The notes beneath the pieces are model-generated. The model searched no databases. It was not told the DNA's origin and was given only the letters and a program-made list of their open reading frames with translations. From NCBI GenBank assembly GCA_028286685.1, contig JAQBRA010000005.1, positions 16,726 to 80,725 on the forward strand: a stretch of 64,000 nucleotides of DNA, in the 5' to 3' direction. Origin of the DNA: Candidatus Adlerbacteria bacterium (GTDB taxonomy: Bacteria > Patescibacteriota > Minisyncoccia > Phycocordibacterales > SBAW01). The position numbers and the translations under genes were made by a program. Shown here piece by piece: positions 62,972-64,000 of the stretch (position 1 is the first letter of the stretch; each line of letters begins with the position of its first letter).

Positions 62972-63218
62972 AACTATTCTATATAAAAACTATTACTACT
63001 ATTAGCCCTGTGGATACACTGGATAACCTAAACGGACCTTACGCTACAACCTCTTTTTAGGCTTTCTTATCCTTTTGTTTCTGAGGATAACTGAAGAACT
63101 TCTGTGTGGATAGTACTCCTGTCCCGCTTTCTATCAACATCTCCTTTTCCTTATACCCCCACTTATCCCTGACTTATTCCACCCCTTACTCCACACCTAT
63201 CCCCACCTTTATCCCCAA
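62972..63218. promoter_or_regulatory. oriC-like region: cluster of DnaA-box-like 9-mers plus an AT-rich tract between dnaA and dnaN
   Basis: TGTGGATAC 63009-17, TGGATAACC 63020-28, TTATCCTTT 63067-75, GAGGATAAC 63084-92, TGTGGATAG 63105-13, TTATCCCTG 63163-71, CTATCCCCA 63197-205, TTATCCCCA 63209-17; AT-rich ctattctatataaaaactattactactatta at 62975-63005. Confidence 0.55.
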
Positions 63219-64000
63219 CTATTTGAGCATAAGGCGGATCTGGTGGAGTTCGTTGGAGAGGACCGAGTCGGAGCGCAGATCGTTTTTTATCTTCTCGCAG
63301 GAGTGTATGACGGTAGTATGGTCGCGTCCGCCAAGTTTGTCTCCGATTGTAGGGAATGAGATGCGGAAATCCTCGCGCAATAGGAACATAATCACCTGTC
63401 GGGGACGTACTACCTCCTTGCGGCGGGTTTTTTCGTAGATGCTCACCTCCTCTACCCCGTAGAAATTGGCTATGGTCTTAACTACCTCCTGTACCGATAC
63501 CGCCTTCTTGGCTGCCGCATTACTGCCTCTCAGAAGCGTTTTAACATCATTTATGGTCAGGGGCTCGCCGCGCATCTCAAACTGGATCATGAGGGTGTTT
63601 AGCGCCCCCTCAAGCTCGCGGACGTTGCCTTCTATAGTGGTGGCCAGGAATTCCATAACCTCGTCCGGAAGCACGAAGTTATGCATCGCGGCCTTGGTGC
63701 GCACAATGGCTAGGCGCGATTGATGATCCGGAGGCGTAACCGAGACGATCATGCCGGCGTTAAAGCGCGACTTAAGGCGATCCTCGAGGCCCTGTATGAC
63801 GTTGGGGTGCTGGTCGGAAGAGAATACCAGCTGCTTATTGCCGTCGTGGAGGTAGTTAAACAGATGGAAGAACTCTTCCTTTATCTTGTCGCGTCCGGCC
63901 AAAAACTGGACGTCATCCATAATGAGGAGATCATATTGGCGGTACTTCTCCTTGAAGCTCTGCACTTTTCCGGCCTGGAGCGCCGAAACATAGTCCATAG
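63219..64000 (-). CDS. dnaA: Chromosomal replication initiator DnaA (C-terminal part; N-terminus lies beyond the window)
   Basis: AAA+ sensor region and domain IV helix-turn-helix (..VSIYEKTRRKEVVRPRQVIMFLLRE.. ..HTTVIHSCEKI..). Confidence 0.85.
   Translation of the reverse strand, partial: MDYVSALQAGKVQSFKEKYRQYDLLIMDDVQFLAGRDKIKEEFFHLFNYLHDGNKQLVFSSDQHPNVIQGLEDRLKSRFNAGMIVSVTPPDHQSRLAIVRTKAAMHNFVLPDEVMEFLATTIEGNVRELEGALNTLMIQFEMRGEPLTINDVKTLLRGSNAAAKKAVSVQEVVKTIANFYGVEEVSIYEKTRRKEVVRPRQVIMFLLREDFRISFPTIGDKLGGRDHTTVIHSCEKIKNDLRSDSVLSNELHQIRLMLK

Overview
High-GC (~60%) bacterial chromosomal segment, dense with housekeeping genes and ending in the dnaN-dnaA replication-origin region at its right edge. 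Overall structure:

- **Housekeeping genes:** translation genes (ileS, argS, metG, glyQS, tyrS, efp; ribosomal proteins S6/S18/S20/L11/L19; secE-nusG-rplK); a dTMP-synthesis cluster (long-form dCTP deaminase-like gene, tmk, thyA, folA); recombination/repair genes (ssb, recO, ruvX, ruvA, ruvB-yebC-ruvC, polA); and cell-envelope genes (PBP1A, MurE-like ligase, lnt, mscL, pilB, DsbA-like, SIMPL).
- **tRNAs:** nine tRNA genes, none encoding CCA except tRNA-Leu; tRNA-His has an encoded G-1.
- **Likely lineage:** the gene content is reduced and surface-protein-rich, compatible with a streamlined lineage, possibly Patescibacteria-like. This is inference only.
- **Main unusual observations:**
  1. An isoleucyl-tRNA synthetase carrying a complete histidine-phosphatase (RHG..SHG) domain inserted where the zinc-binding knuckle normally sits.
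  2. Two paralogous giant secreted proteins sharing a novel Cys/His-rich N-terminal module; one also carries an ALK/LTK-type polyglycine domain.
  3. A ~3.5 kb low-GC island next to dnaN whose five small genes are each preceded by a conserved ~28-nt motif.
  4. A family of long hairpins that absorb the 3' end of several tRNA genes.
  5. A tRNA-Arg with a GCG anticodon.
  6. A PEP-synthase/rifampin-phosphotransferase-like gene split by a frameshift.
  7. A DnaA-box cluster (oriC-like) between dnaA and dnaN.
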